From Eledone cirrhosa (Eukaryota), in contig CAXHJY010001673.1 in assembly GCA_964016885.1 (NCBI GenBank), positions 62,001 to 126,000 of the forward strand: a DNA stretch of 64,000 bases. Direction: 5' to 3'. The position numbers and the translations under genes are program-made. The notes under the pieces were generated by a model. It ran no database searches and was not told the DNA's origin. It saw nothing but the letters and a program-made list of their open reading frames with translations. This document shows positions 44,255 through 59,147 of the stretch, piece by piece (position 1 is the stretch's first letter; each line of letters opens with the position of its first letter).

Positions 44255-45990
44255 GTATATATAAGGAAATGATTTTTTAAAAATAAATAAAAAACGAGAT
44301 GTCCTACACGGGTAAAAGTATAAGGAAAGGAAATCGAAAATGTAACTGCAGTCTTCTTTAAAAATATTTATTTATTACCTTTACCTGTTTCACAGTTCTC
44401 ATGCTTTACAAAAGTAGAATGGAAGCGGTAAAAACCAGTTAGACCATTACTCACCAGAGTACTCGATGCTTGTGGTAGTATCTAGCTGTTCGGATCTAGC
44501 TGTTGAAACGACAGGAGCTCAGCCGTCGGGGTCCCGAATCTTATATATATGCATATATATAGGAAAAGAGTCAGTAACTATCGAGTACTCTGCTGGGTAA
44601 TGGCTCACCTGGTTTCTTACCACAATTTCTTTGTTATATATATATATATGTATATATATATCTATCCTTGTGGTTGATTGGATGATATACAGGCCTTCTG
44701 GTGAAACAAATGGAACACTAATCGTCTAAAACGACGGAGATCCAACACACACATACACATACAAAGCTGGTGAGCGATTCTAAAGAAAGAAAGTTAACTA
44801 AATAAAATGATATCAAAAGGAGGGAGAAACACCTGTGGATAGGTAAAAACAAACAGAAAGAGGTGAAGATGAGGAAAGAGAAGTGAAGTATAGCTTAAAG
44901 AATACTGTTTAATAATTACTGAACAATTAAGCTGTTTATACTGATGTGATAGTTGCTAAAAAGAATTATAATGTCGGGTGGAAAGAGATAGAGAAAATAA
45001 AAAGATTGAGAGCTGGAAAACCAACAAGCCGCTGTTTGGTTAGGAGCGGATAATAAAAGATATTTTGTGCTATATAACGAGTGGGGTATCCGGTATTAGA
45101 AGGGAAGCAATAAGAGGAAGTAAAAAAAAAAAAAAAAGTGTGCGTATAGCTTCTTCAGTAACATGTACACCCCCTCGTTCGTTGATCTAGTGGCGAGGCG
45201 ATCCGATTGATTTAACGGTACTAGAAGAGGAGAAAATAACCGGTTTCAGATAAAGTAAAAAAAAAAATAATTATAAAATAATAAAAGAAATAAAGTAAAA
45301 AATATTTTGACAAATATTTTCTTCAAGTAACTGGTCTTCTAAGAGAAGATCACTCGAGTCTGCCCCTTCAAGTATACTTCACTCCGCTAGTTTCTTTGAA
45401 GATAGAGGAGAAATGTAAATACAAGCTGTAAATCCGTCGTGGTATAAGCGATGATTTTGTACGTCGAGTACTTTACACAGTAGCAGTAATTCAAGATCTA
45501 CTAATATTTGATATATTCGTCTAGGCGATAACACTATACTTATCATTGTATTTTATAGATTGAAAAGTACTTGTTTTATAGAAACAGAGGGGAGGGTATA
45601 ATGTATTTTCAAACAAAACCTTCTCTTTATTCTAGTTACAAATTCACCGCCTAGTAAACTGAACATATTGATTCATTGTCTTTTAATTTACTTCCATATT
45701 TGTATCTATATTTGTTTTTAAATAAGAATTAAAGTTCTCTTTTGCAGCTGAGTGTTCACATATAAACTAATCTCCTTGATCTATCTAACTTTATTTAAAA
45801 CCGTTCGTCGTCCAGTGTAGAGCTTGCCTATCTTAAAATCAAAGTCCTTTGCTGTTGTTACAGCTCACACCTCTGTAGATTTAACCGGTCTCCTATGAGG
45901 TTGCAGCTTATAGGAGGTATCTTGGGTGTTTTAATGATAAGGTCTCTATAGCAGTTGATGGCTCTGTATATATGTATATATATATATATA

Positions 45991-46185
45991 TAACAAAGGA
46001 AGTGTGGTAAGGAACCAGGTGGACCATAACGCACCAGAGTACTCGATACTATGGGTAGTAGAGTGGGTAGTAGGAAAAGAGTCAGGACCCCGACGGCTAA
46101 GCTCTGGCCGTTTCGACAGCTAGATCCGAACCGGTCGAAACGGCTGGAGCTCAGCCGTCGAGGTGAGGTCCTGGCTCTTTTCCTA
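45991..46185. mobile_element. Family A element, aaagagtcagg subfamily
   Basis: Same architecture; diagnostic ggaaaagagtcag shared with copies near 44560, 53581 and 59472. Confidence 0.85.
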
Positions 46186-46202
46186 TATATGTATATATAT
46201 AT

Positions 46203-46800
46203 GGGAAAACAAGTTATCGTTAAAGGTAATCCAGTAGTTAGAGGTTGTGAGTACTCTGCGTCGTGGATAGTTTTAACGTACGGCTTTCTTTGACTCAACA
46301 AGATGCTTCCATAGTTATGCAGCGAGTTCGCGGTAATTCCTATGCAGGTTATACTTGGAGTAATAATAGTGAAAGAATGAAGAGTAACCTGGTTGGCTGT
46401 ACAATAAGGGGCTTTATTTCAAGTACTGACAATTGTTTCGTTGATCAGGTGAGTTTAGAGGTCGCTAATCGCTTGAAGTTGCGTCACTCTATCTCCAATA
46501 CATTATTTACCTCTGGTCAACACATCAGAGTACGTAGATATAAAAATAATTCACTCGAGGCAAGACATATATAGAAGAATAGCGTATAATCTATTCTTTT
46601 ATATATGTCTTGCCTTGAGTGAATTATTTTTATATCTACGTACTCTGATGTGTTGACCAGAGGTAAATAATGTATTGGAGATTGAGTGACGCAACTTCAA
46701 GCGATTAGCGGCCTCTAAACTCACCTGATCAACGAAACAATTGTCAGTACTTGAAATAAAGCCCCTTATTGTACAGCCAACCAGGTTACTCTTCATTCTT

Positions 46801-46807
<7 letters not shown>
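46203..46807. mobile_element. (TA)n-embedded 440-bp fold-back with two opposed hammerheads, family J
   Basis: Arms 46366-46582 and 46591-46807 with a few mismatches; single-copy tail 46203-46365. Confidence 0.85.
46640..46750 (+). ncRNA. Type I hammerhead with extended stem II (mirror copy 46423-46533, minus)
   Basis: gtact-CTGATGT-gttgaccag..ctgatcaac-GAAA-caattg-TC^-agtac; palindromic stem III acaattgt. Confidence 0.75.
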
Positions 46808-46850
<43 letters not shown>

Positions 46851-48487
46851 TATATTTGGACATGTAATTCCGATGGAGTCGTAGTTGCCCGTCGTGATAT
46901 AGAGCGTGTCTTTGTTTTTTTAAACCTTCCCTCTCCAGATCTGAACACAGACGATTTCTTCTAGGGAAACGTAGAGATTGGGTGAGAGGCAGTAGGGAAA
47001 GAGGCATAGAGGAAGACTTGACCCCACCTCAAAAGGATGAAAGGCAAAGTTGACTTCGGCGCGATTTCAACTCAGAGAGCAGAGACCAAAAACGAATACC
47101 ACTTCTTAACGACTCTACTCAGGGAGATTCGGCGTGCACAGTGTGTGGAAAGATTGGTCTAATGGCATCATAATTACAACTATGTTTCAGCTGAGCGGAC
47201 ATGAGCTATGTGAAATAAGATATCTTGTTCAAAGACACAACGAGGGAATCCAACTTACGGTCTTATGATTTTGAGCCGAACACTTTAACTAATAAGCTAG
47301 GCAACTTCATGAAAGCCATATAAAGGATTATTTAATGACATATTGCAATCGTTTAGAGAGATATTTCTAAAATATAATGAGAGACGCCATTACAGAAATG
47401 TTAATATAATGTCTGTTTATTTTCTGTTGTTTTTTTTCCTGCTTTTCTTTAACACTTGAATGAAGTCCTAAAACCATTAAATTTAATCTTTTCATATGAT
47501 ATGCGAGAATGGTTGGAATACCGTTCCAACAGTCGAAGTTATACCTGCCTCTATCATGAGATCAATATCCTCATGAAACGATTTCATGTTAGCTGAACGA
47601 AATTATTAAGTGATCAATTCAATTAGGTACTCCCTTCAACTACTGTCTTTATAATTGGAGCATGAAATAATAGATTAAATGCAGGAAATTTTCTATTGTT
47701 ACTAAAATATTCAAAATATCTAAAAAGGCGAAATGCTTCTAATTTTCTGGTAAAATTTGTAAAAATTCCTCTGGTCTGTTTATTTAATAATATCCTTTAC
47801 TATCCTTTTTTCAAAAGCTTGCAGTCAATGAAGTTTAGAAGAAGAAAAACAAAGCAAAATTAATAATAAAGATGTAATACCTTTAGTGGCGAATCCTTGT
47901 TAGCGCTTAAAATCCTGTAATGATTTAGTAGAAAATATCTAAAAACCAGTTTTTCCATTCAAATATTTATAGTATATTTTACTGGAGGAGAGATTTTTGG
48001 AAATAATTTGCGATATTAGAGTAAATATTCTAATAGTAGAACAGCATGCTGGTTAATTTAGAAACATAGAAGTGGCTGAGCACTCCAAAAATAATTTTAT
48101 CCATAATATAAATTGTCGGAGCGTCAGTGTAATAGAGTATGTGACAAGATTCACCTTATGAATAACAGACACAGTCTCTCCGATGGGATGTTGTACAGCT
48201 TACATCTACCCAATTGCACTCCATGGCTATTTTAAATGTCAGTTGCACAAGACACCTTGCATTGGAATCGACCTTGAACCCTCATGGTTACAAATGGCTA
48301 AAATCTTGAGCCCTTCAGCCAGCCTTCGTCCACTGGCCTTGAATAGAGTGGAAATGATTATTGATCCGTCAAGTATTGAAAAATATGATAACAATATATT
48401 GCCGGAACAGACAGAGTAAATATACCTCCGTAGGTGGCGCTGTGGTGGGAATATGGAACTGCATGAAATGTCTCGTGTATGATTTAG

Positions 48488-48995
48488 AATAATTGTTTCT
48501 ATATTTGGTTCAAAGCCAGCAATTTGAAGGGAGGGGGAAGCTGGATTAAATCGCCCCCAGTGCGTTACTGGTACTTTATTTTATCAATCCTCCCATAATG
48601 ATGACAGATAAAGCTAACCTTGATGGGATTTGAACTCAGAACATAAAGTGCCGTGGCTCATAACGTAAAGAACCACAAATCATGTTGTCCGACGCTCTAC
48701 CGATACAACAAACCACCGACCGCACTTTTATAATTTTGAATATTGATAGAAGTCTCATGAGAGATGAAAGTGCTAGATACAAATTATAAACAATGTCTTA
48801 TTAATATAATTGTTTCTACTTTAGGCACAAGGCCAGCAAATACCCAGTGCATTACTGGTACTTTATTTTATCGACCCCCGTAAGGATGAAAGGCAAAGTC
48901 AACCTCGGCGGGATTTGAACTCAGATCGTAAAGGGACGTAACTATGCTGGAAAGCATGGCGTCAGACCCTCTACCAATACTGCCAATCCACCGCC
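48488..48995 (-). mobile_element. Two SINE S1 copies (48488-48720 long subtype, 48807-48995 short subtype)
   Basis: Both carry ttactggtactttattttatc..gggatttgaactcaga. Confidence 0.85.
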
Positions 48996-49289
48996 ATTAT
49001 TATAATGTTTACCAGTTTGATAAAAGGTGTCTTCTTAATTCCTGTGATATTTTATACTTTATTAATATGAAGGACTAACGTTCGAAGCGTTAAGACTCTT
49101 TTCTTATCATATCAAGCGTTAAACTAATATATGTTATCATGGTATTGTATTGTTCATCAGTGAGATTTTCCTTATTGACTTTTCTCACAAACACACACAT
49201 ACACACACACACACACATATATATATATGTATGTATATACATATATATATGTGAATGTGTGAGTGTGTGAGTGTGTGTGTGTTTGTGTG

Positions 49290-49342
<53 letters not shown>

Positions 49343-49501
49343 ATAAATACATACATACATACGAGAAAATATGTGTGTGCGTATGCAGGCATGTATATAT
49401 ATATACATGTATATATATACACATACCTGTGAGAAAATATGTTTATGTGCGTATACAGGCATGCACATATATATATATATATATATAAAATAAACCATAT
49501 G

Positions 49502-49536
<35 letters not shown>

Positions 49537-50586
49537 AAATAAACCATATGATATATATATATATTTATAAATATATATATATGTATATAAATATATATAT
49601 ATATAAATATTTATATATATAAATATTTATATATATAAATATGTATATATATAATATATATATATATATTTATATATATAGTGATACACACATATATAGT
49701 GATACACACACACACACATATGTTCACAAAGACTACAGATCCTCATATATACATATATAGAACAGAAAGGGAAAAAACTAAAAACAAAAAAAACACTACT
49801 GAAATGAAATCCATAAATAAAAAAAGAACATCTTTACAACGGTTCCTTTGACTGGAGATGTCAGTCAGCTTAACACTGCTTAGTCTAGCGTAGTATGAAA
49901 CTAGTTTTGTTTCAATATTACAACATACTACTTAAATAAAGCCGGTATTAGCAGCGGGTGGCGGACAAGCTATACGCTTGCTAACTATATACAAAAGAAG
50001 TTAACGGTGAAACCCCCGAACATATTTGACCAGGTAATTCAGTTGAAAATGCATAAATCTGACATAGATACGGTCATATTTCTCATCAAATAGATGTCAT
50101 TGTTGTTTATTTGCTCGCCATTTTTTTTATTTTAAAACTCATACATGACTAAACATGACTTTCTCGTCGTTCCTGATTCCTGTATAGCTAGCTAGCTAAT
50201 AAAATTATCAACACCATTATCATTATCATACACACCCGCCTCATTCTCCTCCCCTCTTCCACAGTTCCTCCTTATTATCATCAATATTTATTTATTATTT
50301 TTATTATTTGTATTTGGGTTTGTGTTTATATTGTTAATTGTTTTGTGTTTGTGGTTGTTTTATTGTTGTACACAGACACAGGCACAAATACACATACATA
50401 CATACATACGCACACATTCACAGAAATGAAACTCGGGTTACAGGTTCAAATCAACCCTGGTTAGGTGAGCAACATTGTAAAAAAACATGTGGTGTCGTTC
50501 AAGCCTCTCTTAGTTCTGTTAGTCACATTTTATTTCTTAGTAATAAAAACAGGAATTCTCATCGACGTAACCAACGGAGTGCCACT

Positions 50587-50680
<94 letters not shown>

Positions 50681-50944
50681 TATATATATATATATGATAG
50701 GAAAATCTGCTTCGTAGAATCGAGTCGTATATGATGACCGTGTTGATTTCAGAGTCAGGTGTGATCACCATATCGATCTTGCCTCGAGCTGGTCGCTCGA
50801 GAAACATTTGTAATTCCTTTCGACGCAACACTGATTGTCTTTTTTCTGTGATATCATACTCTGCCCTACGAGGGCATTGAGTGCTCATACGGCCTACCGC
50901 ATACGGACGCCTTAAGCATCCAACACTAATTATATATATATCAA

Positions 50945-50986
<42 letters not shown>

Positions 50987-51815
50987 GGAGAGAGGGGGGG
51001 GGAGAAAGAGAGGGGGGAGGGAGAGAGAGAGAGAGCGAAAGAGAGATACATATAAATATGTATATGTATCATACATATAAATATGTATATGTATCATACA
51101 TGCATCATACATAAAAAAAACTTTCCCAACTGAAACTTTTTTCACCCATTTTTGCGATTAAGTAAAAACGGAGTTATCGTTCTTAAGATTTCGGCGTGGA
51201 GAAATTTAAGGAACTGATGTCGCTACAACGTCAAAGTATTTACCTCTACTGTTGCATCATGGGAGGAGTAATGGCTGAATTTTATTTTTTTTAACGACGT
51301 CAAACTTTTTAATTTCTTTCGCGGCATCTTGTTCCTTGTTTGACGTAAGAAAATAAATAAAACGATTAATTTACTCCCCCACCTCTCTTTAATCTGAAGA
51401 TTAGATTACCGTGGGGTCGAGAGGGGTTAAGATAAAGCAAGGGTAACATAAACCGGTGTCAATTTTAATTTTACACTATTATTCTCAAAACATGTCGGGT
51501 ATTAGGATTATTTTCAAGTTTTATTTATCTTCTATCGCTGCACTTTCTGTATTTATAATTAATAAATAAATTTAAGGTTTTAATACTTTAAATATATAAA
51601 ACTTTCAGTAAATTTTCTGGTAGCTTCGTTGGTAGGAGTAATGGGTATTCATTCTTTCGTAACGAGGTGAGAGGTTCAATCTCGCGCTGGCACTTGCAGA
51701 GACAATATTATTTTACTATTTTAACATACAAATGATATAATGTATATATATATATATTTATATGTATATATACATATTTATGTGTATATATATATATATA
51801 TATATTTATATGTAT

Positions 51816-51863
<48 letters not shown>

Positions 51864-51886
51864 GTATATATATATATATATATATA

Positions 51887-52240
51887 TAGGAACGAGTAGG
51901 ACCCCGACGGCAGAGCTCAAGCCGTTTCGACGGCTAATTCTCGACTAAAATCAGCCGTCGAAACGGCTTGAGCTCAGCCGACGGGGTCCTACTCGTTCCT
52001 ATTACCCACTCTACTACCCTAAGTATTGAGTACTTTGGTGCGTTATGGTCCCCCTGGTTCCTTACCACATTTCCTTCGTTATATATATATATTATATATT
52101 TATACATATGAAAAGATTCAGGACCCCGACGGCTGAGCTCCGGCCGTTTCGACAGCTAAATCTGAACTAAGCCATCAGTATAACCCACTCTACACCCCAA
52201 GTATTGAGTACTCTGGTGGCCTATGGTCCACCACATCCTA
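51887..52240. mobile_element. Two family A elements separated by (TA)n
   Basis: 51887-52081 fold-back; 52109-52240 rearranged copy. Confidence 0.85.
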
Positions 52241-52922
52241 TAAGATATTAATATATATGTGTGTGTGTGCTCCTGGTATGATTTTTGTGGAGATACCAGT
52301 CTATTTCTCAAGTGGACAAATGCTGAAGTGTGTGAATCTAGAAGTTAAGAGGATTGAACGCAAAAGCAGGATTTGTGTGGTGGCGGATTAAGAAAACCTT
52401 GCTTGAGCAAGCTTGAGTAAGGACTGTATAAACTTGTATGTCAATGACAGCAAACCTTTGTATAGCACCCAAACTACAGATATGGTCTAACGCGCCCCGC
52501 GACCTTCATACCATCACATTTTGCAACTAGACAATCACACACCTACACACACATACACATACACACTTATAAACACATACATATAGACACATACCCACAC
52601 ATACATACATACATACATACATTCACACACGTACACACATACATATACAGAAATACATACACACATATAAACATATATATTCACACACAAAAAAACGCAC
52701 AGAAACACACACACAAACACATGAATTCACACACCATACTCACGCACATACACATGCATTCACACACATACATTTTGTTCTCCTTCTTTGATGTTTATCT
52801 CCCATTCAATATCTTTTAAATCTCTAACTTCGTTCAGGGTGGCTTACAAACAACAACACATGATCTCTCACCTCTCTAAATGTTTTCTCGTTTCCTTTCT
52901 TTTAAGAATGCATGTATATATA

Positions 52923-53103
52923 TAATTGTTTGTACGTTTGGCACAAGGCCAGCAATTATCCCAGCGTATTACTGGTATTTTATTTTATCGACCCCGTAAG
53001 AATGAAAGACAAAGTTAACCTCGGCGGGATTTGAACTCAGACCATAAAGGGCCGTAACTCTTTGCTGCAAAGCATGGCGTTTGACCGTCTACCGATACTG
53101 CCA
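52923..53103 (-). mobile_element. SINE S1 (short subtype)
   Basis: Core and head motifs as in other S1 copies. Confidence 0.85.
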
Positions 53104-53409
53104 AGGGGCTGCAAACTCTGCTAAGAGTATTGCAGAAAATGGTGCACTTGTAGGCTACGGCCAGCCGCACAAACCTGCAACAGATCCTGAACAAGCAATA
53201 TCTGTGCTTTGAATGTTTTTTTAAATGGGGAAAGGCCTTGCACTTGACCAACCCCACTCTCTTAGCATCGAAAACACTACCCGAAAAGGAAAGCTGGTCA
53301 ACATCATCGGATGTTTCCCAAGCCGCAGGTTTTTTTTTACCAGAGTTCCCTCTCTTCACAACAATTGGGGGCCTTTCACTTCCAGGTAAAAAAGAAAGAA
53401 AAAATCAGA

Positions 53410-53642
53410 ATGGATGCAGTAAAAACCTGTTAGACCATTACTCACCAGAGTACTCGATACTTGGGATAGTAGAGTTTGGTAATATATATATATATATATA
53501 TAACGATTAAAGTGTGGTAAGGAACCAGGTAGACCACAACGCACCAGCGTACTCGATACTTAGGTCAGTAGAGTGGGTAATAGGAAAAGAGTCAGGACCC
53601 CGACGGCGGAGCTCAGCCGTCGGGGTCCTGACTCTTTTCCTA
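53410..53642. mobile_element. Family A elements (partial 53410-53480; fold-back 53501-53642)
   Basis: The fold is centred on the gagctc palindrome of hammerhead stem III. Confidence 0.8.
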
Positions 53643-53653
53643 TATATATATGC

Positions 53654-53684
<31 letters not shown>

Positions 53685-54421
53685 ATGTGTGTGTGTGTGT
53701 GTGTATGTGCGTGTGATGTGTGTGTGTGTGTGTAATGTGTGTGTGCGTGGTTGTGTGTGTGTGTATGTGTGTGATTGCATTAGTTTGATTGATTGAATGC
53801 CTCTGTATATTTTATCTTATCCCTGATATAAAAATATAACAACTTACGTCCCCCTTCTTCTCACTCTCACTCTCACACCACGCCTCTCTCACACCACTCC
53901 TCCTAACGGTGGTGAAAATTGTACATTATAATAGAGAATGTTGTTCGGATGGATAGAAATATCGATAAAAAAGAATATCACCTATTATTTGGTATTCATT
54001 AGATTTATTGGTTTTCGTTTTTCGACCAAAGACAATTCATTTATAAACGTTTGATTTATAATCGATACAGGAACGGGACGTGCTAAGAGCGGCTGTAAAT
54101 GTGGTACCTTAGCTAGAGTAATACAACGTAGTTATTCCCCGAATGTATAGTCACGTCTTCTAGGTTTGTCATTGGTGGTTTAGATTGACAATAAATATAT
54201 TGATAATATTGATACACCTTAACTCATATTGAACCTCTATTGCTTTCTATAACAAATGTTCTAGTTTTTCGATCAAAGGAACAACACTCTTGTGAAAGGA
54301 ACGTACAGGTAACTGATAATTCCACAGACACGTGTACCCATAAAGTCATTCTTGTCAGAGTCAGACAGTGTGTAACAAGAATAACGGTAAATTTTGGTTA
54401 TCTTTATCTCTCTCTCTCTCA

Positions 54422-54480
54422 CTGATGATTTCCTCCGAATGAAACAGTTCTAGTCCTGTAGAAGCTATTTCTATATCAAA
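54422..54480 (+). mobile_element. Family C fragment starting at the hammerhead core
   Basis: CTGATGA-t-ttc-ctcc-gaa-t-GAAA-cagttctagtcctg-TA^-gaagc. Confidence 0.7.
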
Positions 54481-54493
54481 TATATATATATAT

Positions 54494-54657
54494 GTTTTGT
54501 AAGGTTTTTTGAGATGAAATCGTGTGTCGAAACAAATATTGTTATACTTGGGGAGGGTCATATTGTTGTAATATTGCCAGAAATAATAACAGAGCACATA
54601 TTGTTATAATATTTCTGGCAATATTATAACAATATGACCCTCCCAAAGTATAAAAAT
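54494..54657. mobile_element. (TA)n-embedded fold-back element, family K
   Basis: Arms 54542-54653; gaaa(t/c)cgtgtgt(c/t)gaaac..atattgttata shared with 1893-1926 and 35259-35290. Confidence 0.7.
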
Positions 54658-54660
54658 GTA

Positions 54661-54696
<36 letters not shown>

Positions 54697-54744
54697 CACA
54701 CGTACACACACGGACACACACACGCACACACACTCACACACGCA

Positions 54745-54838
<94 letters not shown>

Positions 54839-54920
54839 CACCTCCACCTCTCTAGCACTTCAGCTTCCTGCAACGATAAATCCCCAGATTATTTCCTTGA
54901 TCAATATATATCTCGACTGG

Positions 54921-54990
54921 CACAACGTACAACAACGTACAACAACGTAAAACGTACAACGTACAACGTACAACGTACAACGTACAATGT
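54921..54990. repeat. (ACAACGT)n heptamer repeat
   Basis: Direct inspection. Confidence 0.85.
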
Positions 54991-55047
54991 AAAACCTAGT
55001 ATATAGAATGTTATATTATGTTTATTATAAATTCTTGGAATTCAACT

Positions 55048-55082
<35 letters not shown>

Positions 55083-55287
55083 GATTCTCACACACGCTCT
55101 CAAGTTGTCTCTCTCTCTCTTCTCTCTCTCACTCTCTCTCTCTCCCTGGTTCTCACGCACACTCTCAACGTCTCTTTCTCTCTCTCTCTCTCTTTCTCTC
55201 TTTGTTTCTCACACACACTCACAACCACTCTCTCTCTCCCTGGTTCTCACACACGCTCACAACTTCTCTCTCTCTCTCCCTCTCTCG

Positions 55288-55338
<51 letters not shown>

Positions 55339-55630
55339 ACACTCTCTCTGTTTCTCACACACGCTTACAAGTAACAAAACCTTGTTTCTTGAGGCGTTTT
55401 CAGATACAAGTAATTGTGTGGATGAATGCCATAAACGCTAGCCTAGTTGGTTAGCTTCCGGCCACACTAGCGAACCTGGCGGCTGTAGAAGCAGTTACGT
55501 TAGTTCACATTGTTTATATCAGAAACAGTTGATTCCCATTGACCCAGTCCATCATTCCATGTTTAATGGTACAACATGGACGAACAGTATATCGCATTCA
55601 CTTATTCCTTAATTCCTTTTTACATTCTGT

Positions 55631-56099
55631 CATTCCCTCACTCATTCTTACATTCATTCAATGCTTTACTCATGTATTCCCTCATTCCCCCCATTCCCTC
55701 AATCACTCATTCCTTCAGTCATTCTTACATTCATTCAATGCTTTACTCATGTATTCCCTCATTCCCCCCATTCCCCCAATCACCCATTCCTTCACTCATT
55801 CTTACATTCATTCAATGCTTTACTCATGTATTCCCTCATTCCCCCCATTACCCCAATCACTCATTCCTTCACTCATTCTTACATTCATTCAATGCTTTAC
55901 TCATGTATTCCCTCATTCCCCCCATTCCCCCAATCACCCATTCCTTCACTCATTCTTACATTCATTCAATGCTTTACTCATGTATTCCCTCATTCCCCCC
56001 ATTACCCCAATCACTCATTCCTTCACTCATTCTTACATTCATTCAATGCTTTACTCATGTATTCCCTCATTCCCCCCATTCCCTCAATCACTCATTCCC
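55631..56099. repeat. 77-bp minisatellite, 6 copies
   Basis: ttacattcattcaatgctttactcatgtattccc starts at 55648, 55725, 55802, 55879, 55956 and 56033. Confidence 0.95.
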
Positions 56100-56369
56100 T
56101 TACTCCTTCCTTAACGCATTCCCTCAATCAGTCATTCTCTTATTTACACATCCCCTCATTTACTTGTCATCCCACCCACTCGTTCCCTTACTCACACATT
56201 CCCTCACCCTTCCTCCCACGCATTCTTTCATTCTCTCATCCACCCATTCGTTCATTCATTTCCGAATACAGTAGAACTGAATGAAGAGCAGCCTCGTTGA
56301 TAACTGTCGAAGAAGATGGCAAAATGGCGAATTGTAAGTACTTCGGGTGGAATGCTTAGCAGTATTTAT

Positions 56370-56861
56370 TGGTGGATTGGCAGTATCGGTGGAGGGTCAG
56401 ACGCCATGCTTTCCAGCATAGTTACGTCCCTTTACAATCTGAGTTCAAATCCCGCCGAGGTTGACTTTGCCTTTCATCCTTACGGGGTCGATAAGTATTG
56501 CTGGCCTTGTGCCTAAAGTAGAAACAATTATTATATATGTTTTTGCTGGTATATGTATAAGTCCCGTGTTGAAATCCTACTAGGGTCCGCTTTATCTTTC
56601 ATCCTTCCAAGGTCTATAAAATAAAACACCTGTAAAGTACTGAGGTCAATATAGTTGACTTTCCCCTCCTCACAACCGAATTGATAGCCTTATGTAAAAA
56701 TTAAAAATCATTATTACCAGCATAGTTACGTCCCTTTACAACATGTGTTCAAATCCCGCCGAGGTTGACTTTGCCTTTCATCCTTACGGGGTCGATAAAA
56801 TAAAGTACCAGTAATGCACTGGATAATTGCTGGCCTTGTGCCTAAAGTAGAAACAATTATT
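56370..56861 (+). mobile_element. Cluster of three SINE S1 copies
   Basis: 56370-56530, diverged 56560-56715, and 56717-56861. Confidence 0.8.
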
Positions 56862-56944
56862 ACAGTGAAGTATCTATATATAAAATTATATTTTATATGC
56901 TTACATTTCCATCTGTTTCTTTCATACATTTTAACTCTTTAAGT

Positions 56945-57241
56945 CAGGCATGGGCAACCTTTTTCTAGAAGCGAGCTGCATGAGATATGGCTCATCATCA
57001 GGCGGGCTCCAAGCGGTAATTTACATTCGTGTCCACATTAAAAAAAAAAAAGGGGGCAGTAACTCAGGTTGTTTTGATTTGTTTCTTCAGAATTCGTACA
57101 CGTTGTTTTCCTCGATCGTAAACATGATAGAAAGATAAATTACGACTGAAAAGTTGTGGTGAAAAAATCAGAAAGATTTCACTTAGGTAACTTAGGCGGG
57201 CAATTCAGAAAGCTTCGCGGGCCGCAGGTTGCCCATGATTG
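56945..57241. mobile_element. Non-autonomous hAT-type DNA transposon (MITE)
   Basis: TIRs caggcatgggcaacct / aggttgcccatgattg; subterminal gcgggccgc; degenerate 8-bp TSD ctttaagt / ccttcagt. Confidence 0.7.
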
Positions 57242-57581
57242 CCTTCAGTCATTGTTAGCAACTACATATAGTACAGTACTATCAACCTAGTTATACGCGA
57301 TGAACTGTGAAATCTTGTCAGGTCGGCTGAGAGAAGCTTTGATATATTTCAATATATAGACTAGATGCCATATACTATCCTTGATTTGTGGCCAAATGAC
57401 ACGAAAACCTTATTATTTCATCGGTTCTCTTTACTGACTGATTGGTCCCAATGGAGGTCAGTGATGGCGTGAGCTGTCCGAATTGTTGGTCTTACAAACT
57501 GATAAGGAGGACAAAGGGACGGAAAAAGTTTCCACTACACCACTCCACACCACTTCTGGCTCTTACCGATATATATATATC

Positions 57582-57670
<89 letters not shown>

Positions 57671-57687
57671 ACACAGACATACACACG

Positions 57688-57718
<31 letters not shown>

Positions 57719-57766
57719 GTATATATATATATACTTCTGTTCACATATTCCTGACAGGGGCTATAT

Positions 57767-58721
<955 letters not shown>

Positions 58722-58897
58722 TATCACGATAAATTAACGGAGGCATAGGCCCTCGCTATTCCCTGTTTATTCTAGCAGTTCGTCCCTCAGAGGCCACCGG
58801 TTCACTGCCCTTAAACACGCTGTGACTCCTCTCTCCCACGTGTAGCTGGACAGTCAATTGTAAAATTCTCTTAGTGTTGTCTGAAATGTATGGCCTT

Positions 58898-58977
58898 ACA
58901 CACGCTGATGAACCGAGACTAGACCATTTCTTTCAACAAATTTTTGGTGAAACATATCTTTGGATTTGTACGTGTGT
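58898..58977 (+). ncRNA. Type I hammerhead ribozyme, canonical, in element 58725-59151
   Basis: acacacg-CTGATGA-accgaga..ttttggt-GAAA-catatc-tttg-gatttg-TA^-cgtgtgt; perfect 7-bp stem I; predicted cleavage after 58970. Confidence 0.85.
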
Positions 58978-59147
58978 TATATAGTTATAGAGGTATTTAT
59001 TTACGCTTTAATTTATATTTTTAATTATCGTGTCTATAGTCTGCCTCTCATAGGTTATAGATTCCATGCACTGGTGGTTTTTCCCCTGTATTATTGATAA
59101 CGCACTGTATACACGTATCTCTCTCTGGTGTGTTACCTTTTCAACAT

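Noticed and set aside
46263-46796. Two near-identical opposed ORFs (MKSNLVGCTIRGF..)
   Set aside because: They are mirror images produced by the palindrome; no recognisable domain
55539-56284. Three overlapping ~200-aa ORFs
   Set aside because: They derive from the 77-bp minisatellite, which is stop-poor on this strand
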